A stretch of DNA of 64,000 nt from an uncultured Bacteroidota bacterium (GCA_963793485.1 CAWCAB010000003.1:740418-804417), one strand, 5' to 3'. Positions 43,932 through 54,894 are shown, counted from the stretch's first letter. The notes: generated from the letters alone by a model not told the origin. Numbers and translations are program-made.

Positions 43932-45992
43932 CTATGATTTTTTGATGTTGATCCTGGCATCGACGGCTATAATTATATCCTTGTTCCCTATCAGGGGGTT
44001 GAGGTCCAATTCAAATATTTCCGGGGCGGTGATCAATAGGGCTGATAAACGGGTGATGATCCCTGCAAAAACAGTTTCATCTATAGCTGCCTGTCCGCGC
44101 ACACCTTTCAATATTTTGTAGCCCTTCAGGCTCCTGATCATCTCCAGGGCCTCATCTTTGGAGATGGGGCATAGGCCGGCATTAACATCTTTAAGCACTT
44201 CTATAAAAATTCCGCCCAGACCACTGAGGACCAGGTGCCCGAACTTTTCTTCCCTTTTTGCTCCGGCGAAGAGCTCAATCCCACTGAACATGGGCTGCAT
44301 CAGTACAGAAGTTGTCTCCGGGATCTCCATGATCTTACGGAAGGCTTCTTTCACTTCTGTCTCTGTTTTAATATTCAGTCTAACACCTCCTACATCGGAT
44401 TTATGCACAGGGCCAACAGCTTTCATCACCACCGGGTAACCCAGCTTTGCTGCTGCCTCGACTGCGTCATTGATAGCATTCACAACTGCTTCCGGAATCC
44501 TGGGGATGCCTGCAGAATCGAGCAGAGCCTGTATCTTGTGTGGTTCTATGTATCCATCTTTACAACTGTCTATCACCTCCCTGATACGTACGGTGTTTAT
44601 CTCAGGTAGCTCAGGGTGCTGAGGGACTGGAGGGAGGGTGTTTTTTATCTTTCCAAGTGCCTTTCCGAAAACCACTTCGTCGGAGAAGATGATCTGGCCT
44701 TTATCGATAAAAGACCTGATCTCATCACTTGCTGTAAATGTTGATGGCAGAATAGGGTAGATGGGCTTTTTTGATGTTTTCATCTTCTCATCCAGAAGCT
44801 CATAAACATCATAGATAGGAAATAGTCCCGGTGTGCCGAAAATCACCGCCATACCATCGATCTCATCGAACTTCTGATCACAATAATCGATGATATGCCC
44901 GAGCTGCTCAGCATTCCCTGTAGCAAGGAAATCAATAGGGTTGGCCACGGATGAACCCGGGTAGAGCAATTCCAGTAGTTCATCAGCATAGTCATTTTCA
45001 ATATGAGGAACTTTTAATCCACCTTCAGAAAGCGAATCTGTCAGCATTACTGCCGGTCCACCCGCATGGGTGATCACAGCCAGACGGTCGCCTTTAAGTT
45101 CGGGGAACATGAATATACTGGCTACAGATATCAGTTCTTCACGGCCATAGCAGCGAACGATACCTGCTTTTTTGAAGAGTGCATCCACGGCCACATCTGA
45201 ACTTGCGAGGGCTCCGGTATGTGATGATGCCGCCCTGCTGCCAGCTTCAGAAGAACCGGCTTTGATGGCTGCTATGCGGCAACCCTTACGGATAAGAGAA
45301 GCCGCGTGCTTGAGGAGCAATGTAGGCTTGTCAATATTTTCGATGTACAAAAGCTTCACTTTTGGGCTCTGACCATCAACATAGGTCTCATCCATATACT
45401 GAAGCACTTCTTCTACACCCATCTGGGCACTATTGCCAACACTGAAAACGCGTGCAAACGGCAGCCCCATTGGTATTCCGGCCTCCATGATGAAACAGGC
45501 CGTTGCTCCTGAACCGCTGATAAAATCACATCCAGCCATGTCGAGTTTTGGGATGGGCATGGTAAACACACCGTGATATTCAGGTGTCATGACTCCAATA
45601 CAATTTGGGCCGATCAATCCACCTCCTACTTCATCTATAGTATCGACAATCTGTTGCTCCAGCAACTTTCCCTCTTCGCTTTCTTCACTGAATCCGGCGG
45701 AGAGTATGATGAAGCCACGTGTATTCTTTTTATGGGCCAATATTTCTACCGTTTCCGGGATATATTTGGCTGCAATGGCTATGATGGCCAGATCCACATC
45801 AGGTAATTCGTTGGGGTCCTGATGGCATTGAATGCCAAGCACTTCCTCTTCTTTGGGGTTGCTAACATATATTTCCCCTTTGAATCTTCCATCCAGCAGG
45901 TTTTTCAATACTTTTCCACCGGGTTTTCTAAGATCATTCGATCCACCAACAACAACGATGCTTTTGGGGTCGATAAGTGCTTGTGTGATCAT
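43932..45992 (-). CDS. ADP-forming acyl(acetate)-CoA synthetase, fused alpha/beta
   Basis: PKSIVVVG, GPNCIG, SHTGALA (phospho-His), NPIDF, HKSDVGGV, LDLNPL..AVDARI. Confidence 0.9.
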   Translation of the reverse strand: MITQALIDPKSIVVVGGSNDLRKPGGKVLKNLLDGRFKGEIYVSNPKEEEVLGIQCHQDPNELPDVDLAIIAIAAKYIPETVEILAHKKNTRGFIILSAGFSEESEEGKLLEQQIVDTIDEVGGGLIGPNCIGVMTPEYHGVFTMPIPKLDMAGCDFISGSGATACFIMEAGIPMGLPFARVFSVGNSAQMGVEEVLQYMDETYVDGQSPKVKLLYIENIDKPTLLLKHAASLIRKGCRIAAIKAGSSEAGSRAASSHTGALASSDVAVDALFKKAGIVRCYGREELISVASIFMFPELKGDRLAVITHAGGPAVMLTDSLSEGGLKVPHIENDYADELLELLYPGSSVANPIDFLATGNAEQLGHIIDYCDQKFDEIDGMAVIFGTPGLFPIYDVYELLDEKMKTSKKPIYPILPSTFTASDEIRSFIDKGQIIFSDEVVFGKALGKIKNTLPPVPQHPELPEINTVRIREVIDSCKDGYIEPHKIQALLDSAGIPRIPEAVVNAINDAVEAAAKLGYPVVMKAVGPVHKSDVGGVRLNIKTETEVKEAFRKIMEIPETTSVLMQPMFSGIELFAGAKREEKFGHLVLSGLGGIFIEVLKDVNAGLCPISKDEALEMIRSLKGYKILKGVRGQAAIDETVFAGIITRLSALLITAPEIFELDLNPLIGNKDIIIAVDARINIKKS

Positions 45993-46038
45993 GTCTCTAT
46001 GATTATAAAATGCTGTCGGCTAAATTAGAAAAAAAGAA

Positions 46039-49000
46039 TCAACGGATGAACCTTTTGAAAACAGAACTTCGGCGAGTGACAGCGTTCAGGGAGAACTTAT
46101 CAGCAAGTGCATTGGTTCTTTCCCTGATCTGGTTGAGCATGCGTAGTTTGTTCTTTTCTGCTTCCTTCAACTGCCTGTCGAAAATATCTATAGACTGCCC
46201 AAGCTGGGGCATGTCTGTGGATTTGCCCGAATCAGTCTTGATCATGCTCAGGATGATGATGGTCTTTCCGATATGATCCAGGGTCTCATCTATCTCTTCT
46301 TCAAACCAGCTCATGGTTTCTTTGATCACTGCTTCTATCTGGGTAACAAAATCTTCCCGGAGAACATATTCGGCGAGTTTTCGTGCCCTAAAAGTAACAG
46401 ATTTATGGTCGCTGAATTGTGAAGCTTTGAAATCATCATATATACTACGCTCCATCAGGTTGATCTTATTCGTGATCTCTCCGGCATAAGATTTGAGTGC
46501 CCGAAGTGTTTCATATAAGTTTTCCTGCCACTCTTCGTCAAAGCGTTCTGCATCAAGCTGATCAGCCGTATCAACGAGCGTATCGTGGAAAATTTGTGTT
46601 GAATGGTGCTTGGCTGCTTCTATATTTTGTAAAAATGTCAGATACTGGTGGTTGATCTGTTGATCAAGAGAAAGGTGCAGCTTATGCAGCAAGTCTTTAG
46701 CACGTGTAATGAAAACGAACAGCTCAAGCTCAAGATTGGTGAAGTTGTTCAGAAGCTTTTGATTGCTTTTCCATTTTTGAGGGATGGAAGAAAAAACGTC
46801 GGCTTGCTCTTCCCGGGCAAGGGCCTTCTTCTCATTCCTGCCAATAAATCCTGAAGTATTGGCTTCCCGGAGTTCCCTGCTGATCTGTCTGACCACAAAC
46901 ATGGTCTTATTCATCATTAAAGTATAGAAAGTTTGAAGTGAGGCCTCATTCAGTTTGTCGATCTGCTCCCTGTATTCTATATAGCCTTGCATTTTCTCCT
47001 CTATCAAGGCAGCAGTTGCTTCATCAGGATGTAGCTTATTGAAAAGGAAGAACTGGTCAAAGACCTTATTGTTCACACCCTGCGTTTTAATCACCTGTTG
47101 TATACTGATCATACCCCAGTTTTGGAATACCTCGGTGAGTTCTGCAAAGATTTGTTTCTCAAAGTGGGAGGCAATTAGTTTCCTGAACCGGACTTTTTGC
47201 ATTTTCGTGCCCTTGAATGAACCATACAATAACTGTTTTCTTAGTTTGTAACGAACAGTCTTCCAGGAGTCTCCTTTCTTTAGTGACAGGTCGGAACGTG
47301 TGATGCCTTTCATAAGAGTTTCAGGTGCCTGAAGGATGATTTTTTTGCACTTATCTTGATAAAGCTCAATGGCGCTCATGAGAATCTCTTCTTGCTCGCT
47401 GAATGCACTTTCTTCCTGTAGGCTGATGATTCCTGTGATTTCTTCAAAGATACTGCGATAAACTTCGCTGATGCTGTCTTTCCAGTGTTCCTCACCCTTG
47501 ATACTGGGAACTTCCTTCATGAATTTTTCGAGCAGTTTGTTTGTGGCAACTACGATATCAGCATATACTTTTCGATTCAGGTTGAAGAGATCAACTATCA
47601 GGGTATTGAAGACTTCTTCGTTCATGGCCTTAACCTCATTGAATATCTCCCTGAGCTGTTCAGCAGCAGCAGGATCATCAGGGTAATTGATATCCGGTAT
47701 CTTCAGTCTTCTGCTTATCACAAGATCGATATCTCCTTCGGTATATTCGGATTTTTCCTGTTTTACCATGCCATCGTTCCTGCCAATCTCAAAGTTTTTA
47801 AAATAGGATGAGGCTTTTACGAGGACAACGGTACCTACATTTTCACATAAATGGTTTACCTGGTTTACATAATCCTGCTCGCCACCTTCACGGATATCCG
47901 GGATGCCAAGGAAAACAATATCTGAGTTGGAGGATTCCACTTCGATAAGTTCGTTGACAGGACGTTTCTCGATCTGGTTGTTGATCACCTTGATCTCAGC
48001 ATCCATACGTATACTTTCCAATACGTCTTCTACATCCTGGATCAACTTTTCTTTTTCATCATTGATAGGGTTGATCATCAAAATCCTGATACGGGCATTC
48101 TTCCAGTTTTCTGATAACCACATGAATTTAACCAGTGAGAGTACCAGGTTGCAGTTGTTTCCGCCACCGCGGCACCATACATCGATGATCTCGCTCTTAC
48201 CGAAACCATGGTGCTTGTCGTAATCCATCATGAGGATATTGAGATCAAGCTCAGCAAGTGATCGGATCATCTGCGCAAAGCGGACAGGGTTCTGGCTTTG
48301 CCTGGCCCACCCAAACAGTATGGTATTCGGTTCCACTCCGGAAAAACCATAGGTAGAGGAGATGGCTTCAATGCCTTCATAGATGTCTTTGCACTCCTGC
48401 CTGCGTGTGAACATCCCTTCCATGTCTCTTGTATATTCATCATCAATAACCTGCTGATGCTTCTTAAAGAGCACATTAGATGATTCGTTCAGGATGAGGT
48501 CGAAGTTGGAAAGGAAGCCCTGGTTCCCAACAATATCTTTACCAAATTGTATCAGGTGAGGGCGGTTCTTGCTTCCACCGCTGAAGAGGATCACATTTGG
48601 CCTCCAGTTTCTTTCTTCAATACCCTTACGGTCGATGCGATGGAGGATTGAGCGCGCGATAGATGACCATACACTCTGCCAGACATCGCCAAAATCGAGT
48701 TCCAGTTTCTTTCTTTTAATATAATGGTATATCCCTGCCAGGATGATCAGTGAAAGGAACATAACAGGTGTATCCAGCTTGAACATCACCCCGAAGCAGG
48801 CAGCAAAGCCTATGATACCGACCCATTTGGAGATCTTGAAGGTGGGTCTGAAGTCGGCACTGGCCCATCTTTCCAGGGCAAATGCCAGGTTGATGAAGCC
48901 GTAGGCAGCAATATAAAACATACTGACCACGGCAGCAATGACGTCGAGTTCCCCTATAAGGATACCGCCTTCAGCAATGAGAAAAGTAAGGATAAGGGCA

Positions 49001-49974
49001 TTTCTGGGTTCATTGTTCACTCCCTGACCCTTGCCAAAAATTTTCGGTGTGATCCTGTCACGAGACATAGCCTGAAGTATGCGTGGACCACCCAATATCC
49101 CTCCCAGTGCAGAGGACAGGGTAGCTCCCCAGATACCTGCTACCACCAACGGTGATGACCATGCAATCTTCATCAGAAAGTTGTTGTCGGTCAGCAATAA
49201 TTCCCTGTCGACAAGTAATCCAAACCCAAGGGCCAGGGCAATGTATACAATGAGGCCTGTGCCTATGGCGGCCATTGTACCAAAGGGGATGTTCTTTTGT
49301 GGATTTTTAAGGTCGCCCGACATAGCAACCCCGGCCGTAAAGCCGGTAACAGCAGGGAAGAATATCGCAAAGACTGTTGTGAGGGAAACGCCATCGGCTA
49401 CAGGTAGCCAGCTAACATCTTCACTGGCCGGGATATCAGCAGTAAACAAGCCCATACCAATGGAAACCAGGGACAGTACTATGGCACCAAGAATAAAGAA
49501 CTGAGTTTTGATAGCTATTGATGTGCTGATAAAAGCAATAACTACCAGAATGATCAGGATGATACTCCCCAAAATCCTGAAATCCTGTATCGTATCTCCG
49601 AGGCCAGTTATATCGCGAATCATCTCTATGCCCAGGAAGTTTTCACAGAACCCTATAATATACAGGGCTATACTTAAAGCAGTACCGATGAACATGGTGA
49701 TCCCGATGGAACCACCCATAGGCAATCCGAGGCTTCGCGACAGCATATAATATATGCCGCCGGTCTTGATCTTTTTATCTGTAGCGATGCTAGAGATGCC
49801 GAGGCCTGTGGTGATGGAAATAACATGGGCCAGAAGGATAATGCCAATGGCAGTGATGATTCCGGACTGTCCAACCACCCATCCCATCCTCATATACATG
49901 ATCACACCAAGGATGGTGAGGATAGAAGGTGTGAAAACACCTGAGAATGCACCGAATTTTTTCTGTCCCGACAT
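46039..49974 (-). CDS. SLC12/CCC-like APC transporter with very long C-terminal extension
   Basis: GVFTPSILTILGVIMYMR, GGIYYMLSRSLG, FFPAVTG..AG..MSGDLK.P, NWRPN; about 580 extra helical residues. Confidence 0.8.
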   Translation of the reverse strand: MSGQKKFGAFSGVFTPSILTILGVIMYMRMGWVVGQSGIITAIGIILLAHVISITTGLGISSIATDKKIKTGGIYYMLSRSLGLPMGGSIGITMFIGTALSIALYIIGFCENFLGIEMIRDITGLGDTIQDFRILGSIILIILVVIAFISTSIAIKTQFFILGAIVLSLVSIGMGLFTADIPASEDVSWLPVADGVSLTTVFAIFFPAVTGFTAGVAMSGDLKNPQKNIPFGTMAAIGTGLIVYIALALGFGLLVDRELLLTDNNFLMKIAWSSPLVVAGIWGATLSSALGGILGGPRILQAMSRDRITPKIFGKGQGVNNEPRNALILTFLIAEGGILIGELDVIAAVVSMFYIAAYGFINLAFALERWASADFRPTFKISKWVGIIGFAACFGVMFKLDTPVMFLSLIILAGIYHYIKRKKLELDFGDVWQSVWSSIARSILHRIDRKGIEERNWRPNVILFSGGSKNRPHLIQFGKDIVGNQGFLSNFDLILNESSNVLFKKHQQVIDDEYTRDMEGMFTRRQECKDIYEGIEAISSTYGFSGVEPNTILFGWARQSQNPVRFAQMIRSLAELDLNILMMDYDKHHGFGKSEIIDVWCRGGGNNCNLVLSLVKFMWLSENWKNARIRILMINPINDEKEKLIQDVEDVLESIRMDAEIKVINNQIEKRPVNELIEVESSNSDIVFLGIPDIREGGEQDYVNQVNHLCENVGTVVLVKASSYFKNFEIGRNDGMVKQEKSEYTEGDIDLVISRRLKIPDINYPDDPAAAEQLREIFNEVKAMNEEVFNTLIVDLFNLNRKVYADIVVATNKLLEKFMKEVPSIKGEEHWKDSISEVYRSIFEEITGIISLQEESAFSEQEEILMSAIELYQDKCKKIILQAPETLMKGITRSDLSLKKGDSWKTVRYKLRKQLLYGSFKGTKMQKVRFRKLIASHFEKQIFAELTEVFQNWGMISIQQVIKTQGVNNKVFDQFFLFNKLHPDEATAALIEEKMQGYIEYREQIDKLNEASLQTFYTLMMNKTMFVVRQISRELREANTSGFIGRNEKKALAREEQADVFSSIPQKWKSNQKLLNNFTNLELELFVFITRAKDLLHKLHLSLDQQINHQYLTFLQNIEAAKHHSTQIFHDTLVDTADQLDAERFDEEWQENLYETLRALKSYAGEITNKINLMERSIYDDFKASQFSDHKSVTFRARKLAEYVLREDFVTQIEAVIKETMSWFEEEIDETLDHIGKTIIILSMIKTDSGKSTDMPQLGQSIDIFDRQLKEAEKNKLRMLNQIRERTNALADKFSLNAVTRRSSVFKRFIR

Positions 49975-50013
49975 AGATGCGTATTGCTTTATTACAAAGC
50001 TAAGAAAAATACA

Positions 50014-50046
50014 GAGACCTGGCAGGTCACCGACCTGCCAGGTCTC
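50014..50046. repeat. Perfect 15-bp inverted repeat of two self-palindromic arms (REP-like doublet)
   Basis: GAGACCTGGCAGGTC-ACC-GACCTGCCAGGTCTC. Confidence 0.75.
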
Positions 50047-50079
50047 CTCAGTCGAAATGACATTAGTATTATGTGGTTT

Positions 50080-50592
50080 CTACTTCAATTTTCTGAATTT
50101 ACTGAAATCATTTCCTGAAATGATGGCGTTCAGTTCTTCAACCTCCTTCTTGTAAATTGCTCGTTTTCCGCAATTATACATTTCTGTAATCGGATCATTG
50201 TCAATGATCAAGCCCATAAGTTCATCTTTGCCCGGGCTTTTTTTGAGGGCCATATAATCTTCGTAGGTGATGTTCAGGAATGCAACATTTTTAGTTATTC
50301 CACGATTATCGAGCAGGAATCCATCTTCTAACAGGGTAGGTGTGGCCATTTCACCCTTGTATTTGAGGTCGCCGGGGGCGGGATAAGAAACTATGTCAGT
50401 TTTTTCTGCATTCATAATGACCGGGACCAGCATATTATAGTCATCTTTAGTCTTATAAATGATGGCATCCGGGCCGCTGACACCAACACCTGTGCTTACA
50501 ATAGGTTTATTTGATGTGTTTTTCTTCTGGTTCGAGCACGAGAAGGACATGATTGAGATAATTGCGATAAGCAGGAAAACAACTTTTTTCAT
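50080..50592 (-). CDS. Hypothetical lipoprotein
   Basis: MKK...SFSC lipobox. Confidence 0.65.
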   Translation of the reverse strand: MKKVVFLLIAIISIMSFSCSNQKKNTSNKPIVSTGVGVSGPDAIIYKTKDDYNMLVPVIMNAEKTDIVSYPAPGDLKYKGEMATPTLLEDGFLLDNRGITKNVAFLNITYEDYMALKKSPGKDELMGLIIDNDPITEMYNCGKRAIYKKEVEELNAIISGNDFSKFRKLK

Positions 50593-50713
50593 AATAATTA
50601 AGTATAATGGAATGACTTTTGGTTACAATGATAGAAATTATATTTGAAAATTGATTACATACACAATAATTATTAATTTTGTAGTTCTCTTATAAACACT
50701 AAATTCAATTAGG

Positions 50714-51175
50714 ATGAAAAAGTCATTGTTTATTTTGGCCCTTACAGTATTTGCGGCCTTCCATCTCACTGCCCAAACGAGCAACCCACAAATTGAAAAT
50801 CCGAATGCACCTGTGATCACTTTTGAAAAGGTAGTTCACGACTATGGTACTATCCAGCAGAACGGAGATGGCGGTTGTGAGTTTGTGTTCACCAATGACG
50901 GCAAGGAACCGCTTATCCTTTCCAGGCCGAAATCCAGTTGTGGTTGTACTGTTCCTACATGGCCCAAGCAGCCCATACTTCCGGGAAAGAGCGATGCGAT
51001 CAAGGTTACTTACGCAACTAACAGGGTAGGGCCCTTTAATAAAACTGTAACCATTTACAGTAATGCATCCAACAACCCGATCAAGCTTCAGATCAAAGGA
51101 AAGGTGGTCAAAGCGCCATCAGAGGTTATGCCTGAAAAAGAAACCAATACCGGTGCAACACCGGTGAATAAATAA
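50714..51175 (+). CDS. DUF1573 family protein
   Basis: HDYGTI, F.FTNDG..PL, SSCGCTVP, PILPG, FNKTVTI.SN. Confidence 0.88.
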   Translation: MKKSLFILALTVFAAFHLTAQTSNPQIENPNAPVITFEKVVHDYGTIQQNGDGGCEFVFTNDGKEPLILSRPKSSCGCTVPTWPKQPILPGKSDAIKVTYATNRVGPFNKTVTIYSNASNNPIKLQIKGKVVKAPSEVMPEKETNTGATPVNK

Positions 51176-51184
51176 GATTACTAT

Positions 51185-51209
51185 ACCCTCGCATTTGCGG
51201 GGGTTTTTT
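51185..51209 (+). terminator. Intrinsic terminator
   Basis: ACCCTCGC-ATTT-GCGGGGGT followed by a T-run. Confidence 0.65.
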
Positions 51210-51228
51210 ATTACCCAACTCAACCACT

Positions 51229-52428
51229 ATGCCTAAGATCTCTCAAAAAGGGCATCGCATGCCCGAATCACCCATCCGTAAGCTTGTTCCTTTTGCCGAG
51301 GAAGCCAAGAAAAGGGGACGCACTGTGTATCATCTTAATATCGGCCAACCCGATATAGAAACACCTGAGGTGGCTCTCAATGCCATTCGTAATTTCGACC
51401 AGAAGGTGGTTGCATACAGCCACTCGGCAGGAATTTTATCATACAGGGAGAAATTATGTGAATACTACAGCCGATTTGATATTCAACTCGAGCCGGATGA
51501 TATCATTGTAGGGGCAGGCGCTTCAGAAGCCATCCTCTTTGCCATGAACTCATGTCTCGATCCGGGCGATGAGATCATCATTCCTGAACCTTTCTATGCA
51601 AATTACAATGGTTTTGCCATTAATGCCGGGGTTAATGTAGTGCCTATATTTTCCGAGATTGAATCGGGATTTGCACTGCCTCCGATTGCTGAGTTCGAAA
51701 AAGCCATCACCGACAGGACCAGGGCTATTCTGATCTGTAACCCGAACAATCCAACAGGTTACCTTTATTCAAAGGAAGAACTGGAGATTCTGAGGGATAT
51801 CGTGAAGAAATATGACCTCTTCCTGATCACTGATGAGGTATATAGAGAATTCTGCTACGATGGCAACACCCATTATTCAGCCATGTTCCTGGAAGGCATC
51901 GAACAGAATGTGATCATGATTGATTCGGTAAGTAAGCGTTACAGTGCATGCGGTTTCAGAATCGGTTGCATGATTTCCAAGAACAAGGAGGTGATGAAAA
52001 CTGCCATGAAGTTTGCCCAGGCAAGGCTGAGTCCGCCTACCTTCGGGCAGGTTGCTGCTGAAGCTGCCGTGGATACCCCGGACAGTTATTTTGAGGCCGT
52101 TGCCAAAGAATATCTTGCCAGGAGGGATGTGGTGGTTGAATCGATCAACAATATGCCAGGTGCGTTTTGCCCTGTACCAAAAGGCGCTTTCTATGTAGTG
52201 GCCAGGCTTCCGATCTCCGATTGCGACCATTTCTGCCAGTGGCTGTTGGAAGATTTTGAATATGAGAACAGCACAGTGATGCTGGCTCCCGCTTCGGGAT
52301 TTTACTCTACCAAAGGCGAAGGGAAAAATGAGGTAAGGATCAGCTATGTGCTGAATGTACCTGACCTGAAAAATGCCATGAAATGCCTCGCAGAGGCGCT
52401 AAAGGTTTATCCCGGCAGGACGAATTAA
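51229..52428 (+). CDS. PLP-dependent aminotransferase (aspartate aminotransferase-like)
   Basis: LNIGQPD, CNPNNPTG, DEVY, SVSKRYSACGFRIG. Confidence 0.9.
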   Translation: MPKISQKGHRMPESPIRKLVPFAEEAKKRGRTVYHLNIGQPDIETPEVALNAIRNFDQKVVAYSHSAGILSYREKLCEYYSRFDIQLEPDDIIVGAGASEAILFAMNSCLDPGDEIIIPEPFYANYNGFAINAGVNVVPIFSEIESGFALPPIAEFEKAITDRTRAILICNPNNPTGYLYSKEELEILRDIVKKYDLFLITDEVYREFCYDGNTHYSAMFLEGIEQNVIMIDSVSKRYSACGFRIGCMISKNKEVMKTAMKFAQARLSPPTFGQVAAEAAVDTPDSYFEAVAKEYLARRDVVVESINNMPGAFCPVPKGAFYVVARLPISDCDHFCQWLLEDFEYENSTVMLAPASGFYSTKGEGKNEVRISYVLNVPDLKNAMKCLAEALKVYPGRTN

Positions 52429-53622
52429 TTACTCGAAATCCTCGTAAATGAGGTATTTCTTCCTGATATTCTTGAATTTCTGAAGGCCTGGCTGCCAGCT
52501 TGCCTGGATATCAATTTCCGGCACTCCGGTGATAATTTGATTTCTTAACTCATCTGTTCCAACCAATTTCTCGAAATATGGAATAAAGAAGCTGCTGTCG
52601 TTTCCGAGTACATTATAAGCATTAATAAGCCATTGCAGGTTGATATGATGACTGATTTCCTGATATGATTCCGCATAACCGGATAGATTTTGTCCAAAGC
52701 AGGTATCACCTTCCAGTTTAGGGTGTTTTGCTCCGGCTTTAGACTCCGGTATAAAGGTATAGCTTCCGATCATAAAGTCAGGATGCCCATAAATAGTAAA
52801 TGGATGATCTGTTCCTCTTCCAACACTCATCACCGTACCCTCAAAAAGACATAAGGAAGGGTAAAGATAAATAGATTGCCAGTTGGGAAGGTTTGGGGAT
52901 GGTTTAACAGGTAGCTTATAGAGCATCTTCCTGTCATAATTTTTTAAAGGAATCACAGTAAGGTCACACTGAAGGCTGTCGGAGAGCCAGTATTCACCAT
53001 TTACCATGCGACCATATTCTCCGATGGTCATGCCATAAACAATGGGAACAGGATGCATGCCGACAAAAGAAGTGTATTCCTCTTCCATCACAGGCCCATC
53101 GACATAGAAGCCATTGGGGTTTGGCCGGTCGAGTACCATGACCGGGATACCTGCTTCCGCAGCTTCTTCCATAACATATGTGAGGGTGTAGATATATGTA
53201 TAGAAGCGTGCTCCCACATCCTGCAAGTCGAAAAGGATCAGATCAATATCCTGCAAACTTTCCTGTGATGGCTTTTTGTTTGATCCATAGAGGGATTCTA
53301 CTGGCAGACCGGTTTGGACATCTGTTCCATCCTTTACATATTCCCCGGCATCGGCCGAACCCCGGAAACCATGTTCCGGGGCAAACACTTTCACTATTTT
53401 TATGTCCTTGCTAAGAAGGGTATCAGCCAGATGGGTATTTCCCAGAAGGGAAGTATGATTCGCTACCAGTGCAATTCTTTTACCCTCTAATGCCGGTATG
53501 TATGTATCCATCTGTGAAGCTCCGGTCATCAGGATGGCTTCTTTTTGCTGCGGGCTTTGTAGGCATGCTTGCAAAGAAAAGCAAAGGAGGCAGGATACTA
53601 TCAATGATTTTATTCTGTCCAT
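52429..53622 (-). CDS. namZ: Exo-beta-N-acetylmuramidase NamZ (DUF1343) family
   Basis: FAPEHGFRG, SLYG, DLQDVGARFYTY, LDRPNP, PSPNLP, EGT..SVGRGT. Confidence 0.85.
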   Translation of the reverse strand: MDRIKSLIVSCLLCFSLQACLQSPQQKEAILMTGASQMDTYIPALEGKRIALVANHTSLLGNTHLADTLLSKDIKIVKVFAPEHGFRGSADAGEYVKDGTDVQTGLPVESLYGSNKKPSQESLQDIDLILFDLQDVGARFYTYIYTLTYVMEEAAEAGIPVMVLDRPNPNGFYVDGPVMEEEYTSFVGMHPVPIVYGMTIGEYGRMVNGEYWLSDSLQCDLTVIPLKNYDRKMLYKLPVKPSPNLPNWQSIYLYPSLCLFEGTVMSVGRGTDHPFTIYGHPDFMIGSYTFIPESKAGAKHPKLEGDTCFGQNLSGYAESYQEISHHINLQWLINAYNVLGNDSSFFIPYFEKLVGTDELRNQIITGVPEIDIQASWQPGLQKFKNIRKKYLIYEDFE

Positions 53623-53667
53623 CAGGGCTTAAATTTAATAAATTTGTAGGGTCTGCAGGGAATAAAC

Positions 53668-54894
53668 ATGAATTTCGAACTTTTTATAACGCGTCACATC
53701 GTCAACAGGGATAAGGAAAACCTTTCCCGCCCGGCTATCCGTATCGGGATTATCAGCATTGCACTTGGACTGGCAGTGATGATCATAGCGATCTCGATAT
53801 TGACCGGTTTCCAGCGTGAGATAAGGGATAAAGTGTCGGGCTTTGCTGCTCATATCACTATAAGTAGTTATGATTTCAATAAGTCGCTTGAATCAACACC
53901 TATACTGATCAATCAGCCATTCTACCCCTACCTTGATACTATTGATGGAATCCGTCATATTCAGATATTCAGTACCAAAGGAGGGATCATTAAGACTGAA
54001 GACCAGATGGAAGGCGTGATCCTGAAAGGGATTGGCCGCGATTATGACAGAACCATATTAGATGATTGGATGGTGGAGGGTGAAGCTCCGGTATTTTATG
54101 ACTCTGTTCGATCGACGGAAATTGCGATCTCATCAACTATAGCCGATAAACTGGGATTTTCCGTAGGGGATGATGTTCGTATGTATTTCGTGACTGAAGG
54201 GCAACAACAACCAAGAGGAAGGAAATTCCAGGTGACTGGTATCTATAGCTCCGGATTGGAAGAATTCGATGCCCACTATATATACGGAGATATCAGGCAG
54301 ATACAACGCCTGAATAAGTGGAGTGAGGACATGATCAGTGGTTTTGAAGTGCTTGTGGATGACTTTGACCGGGTGGATGAGATAGGTGCAGATATTAAGC
54401 AATATATTGGCTATCATCTTAAATCAGAAACAGTTAAGCAGACTGAAGAGCAGATATTTAGCTGGTTAGAGCTGCAGGATATGAATGTGATCGTGATCAG
54501 CATACTTATGGTGGTGGTAGCCGGTTTTTCGATGATCTCGGCCTTGCTGATCCTTATACTGGAGAAAACGAATATGATTGGCATCCTGAAAGCATTGGGA
54601 ACACTGAATTCGAGTATCAGGAAGATCTTTATTTATAATGCTGCTTATATTATCGGTATAGGCTTACTTTGGGGAAATATCATCGGAATTGGCCTCTGCC
54701 TGATACAATCTTATTTTAGCCTTGTGCCGCTTCCGGTCGAATCTTATTATGTATCAAGCGTACCCATCGATCTGTCATTGTCATATATTCTCATCTTGAA
54801 TGCAGGGACCTTTATTTTTTGCACCCTCATGCTGATCATCCCTTCATATGTGATCACACGCATTACGCCAGTGAAAGCCATCAGGTTCAAGTAG
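53668..54894 (+). CDS. LolC/LolE-like ABC permease (FtsX family)
   Basis: ILTGFQREI, periplasmic domain, IGILKALG, YYVSSVP, PVKAIRF. Confidence 0.85.
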   Translation: MNFELFITRHIVNRDKENLSRPAIRIGIISIALGLAVMIIAISILTGFQREIRDKVSGFAAHITISSYDFNKSLESTPILINQPFYPYLDTIDGIRHIQIFSTKGGIIKTEDQMEGVILKGIGRDYDRTILDDWMVEGEAPVFYDSVRSTEIAISSTIADKLGFSVGDDVRMYFVTEGQQQPRGRKFQVTGIYSSGLEEFDAHYIYGDIRQIQRLNKWSEDMISGFEVLVDDFDRVDEIGADIKQYIGYHLKSETVKQTEEQIFSWLELQDMNVIVISILMVVVAGFSMISALLILILEKTNMIGILKALGTLNSSIRKIFIYNAAYIIGIGLLWGNIIGIGLCLIQSYFSLVPLPVESYYVSSVPIDLSLSYILILNAGTFIFCTLMLIIPSYVITRITPVKAIRFK

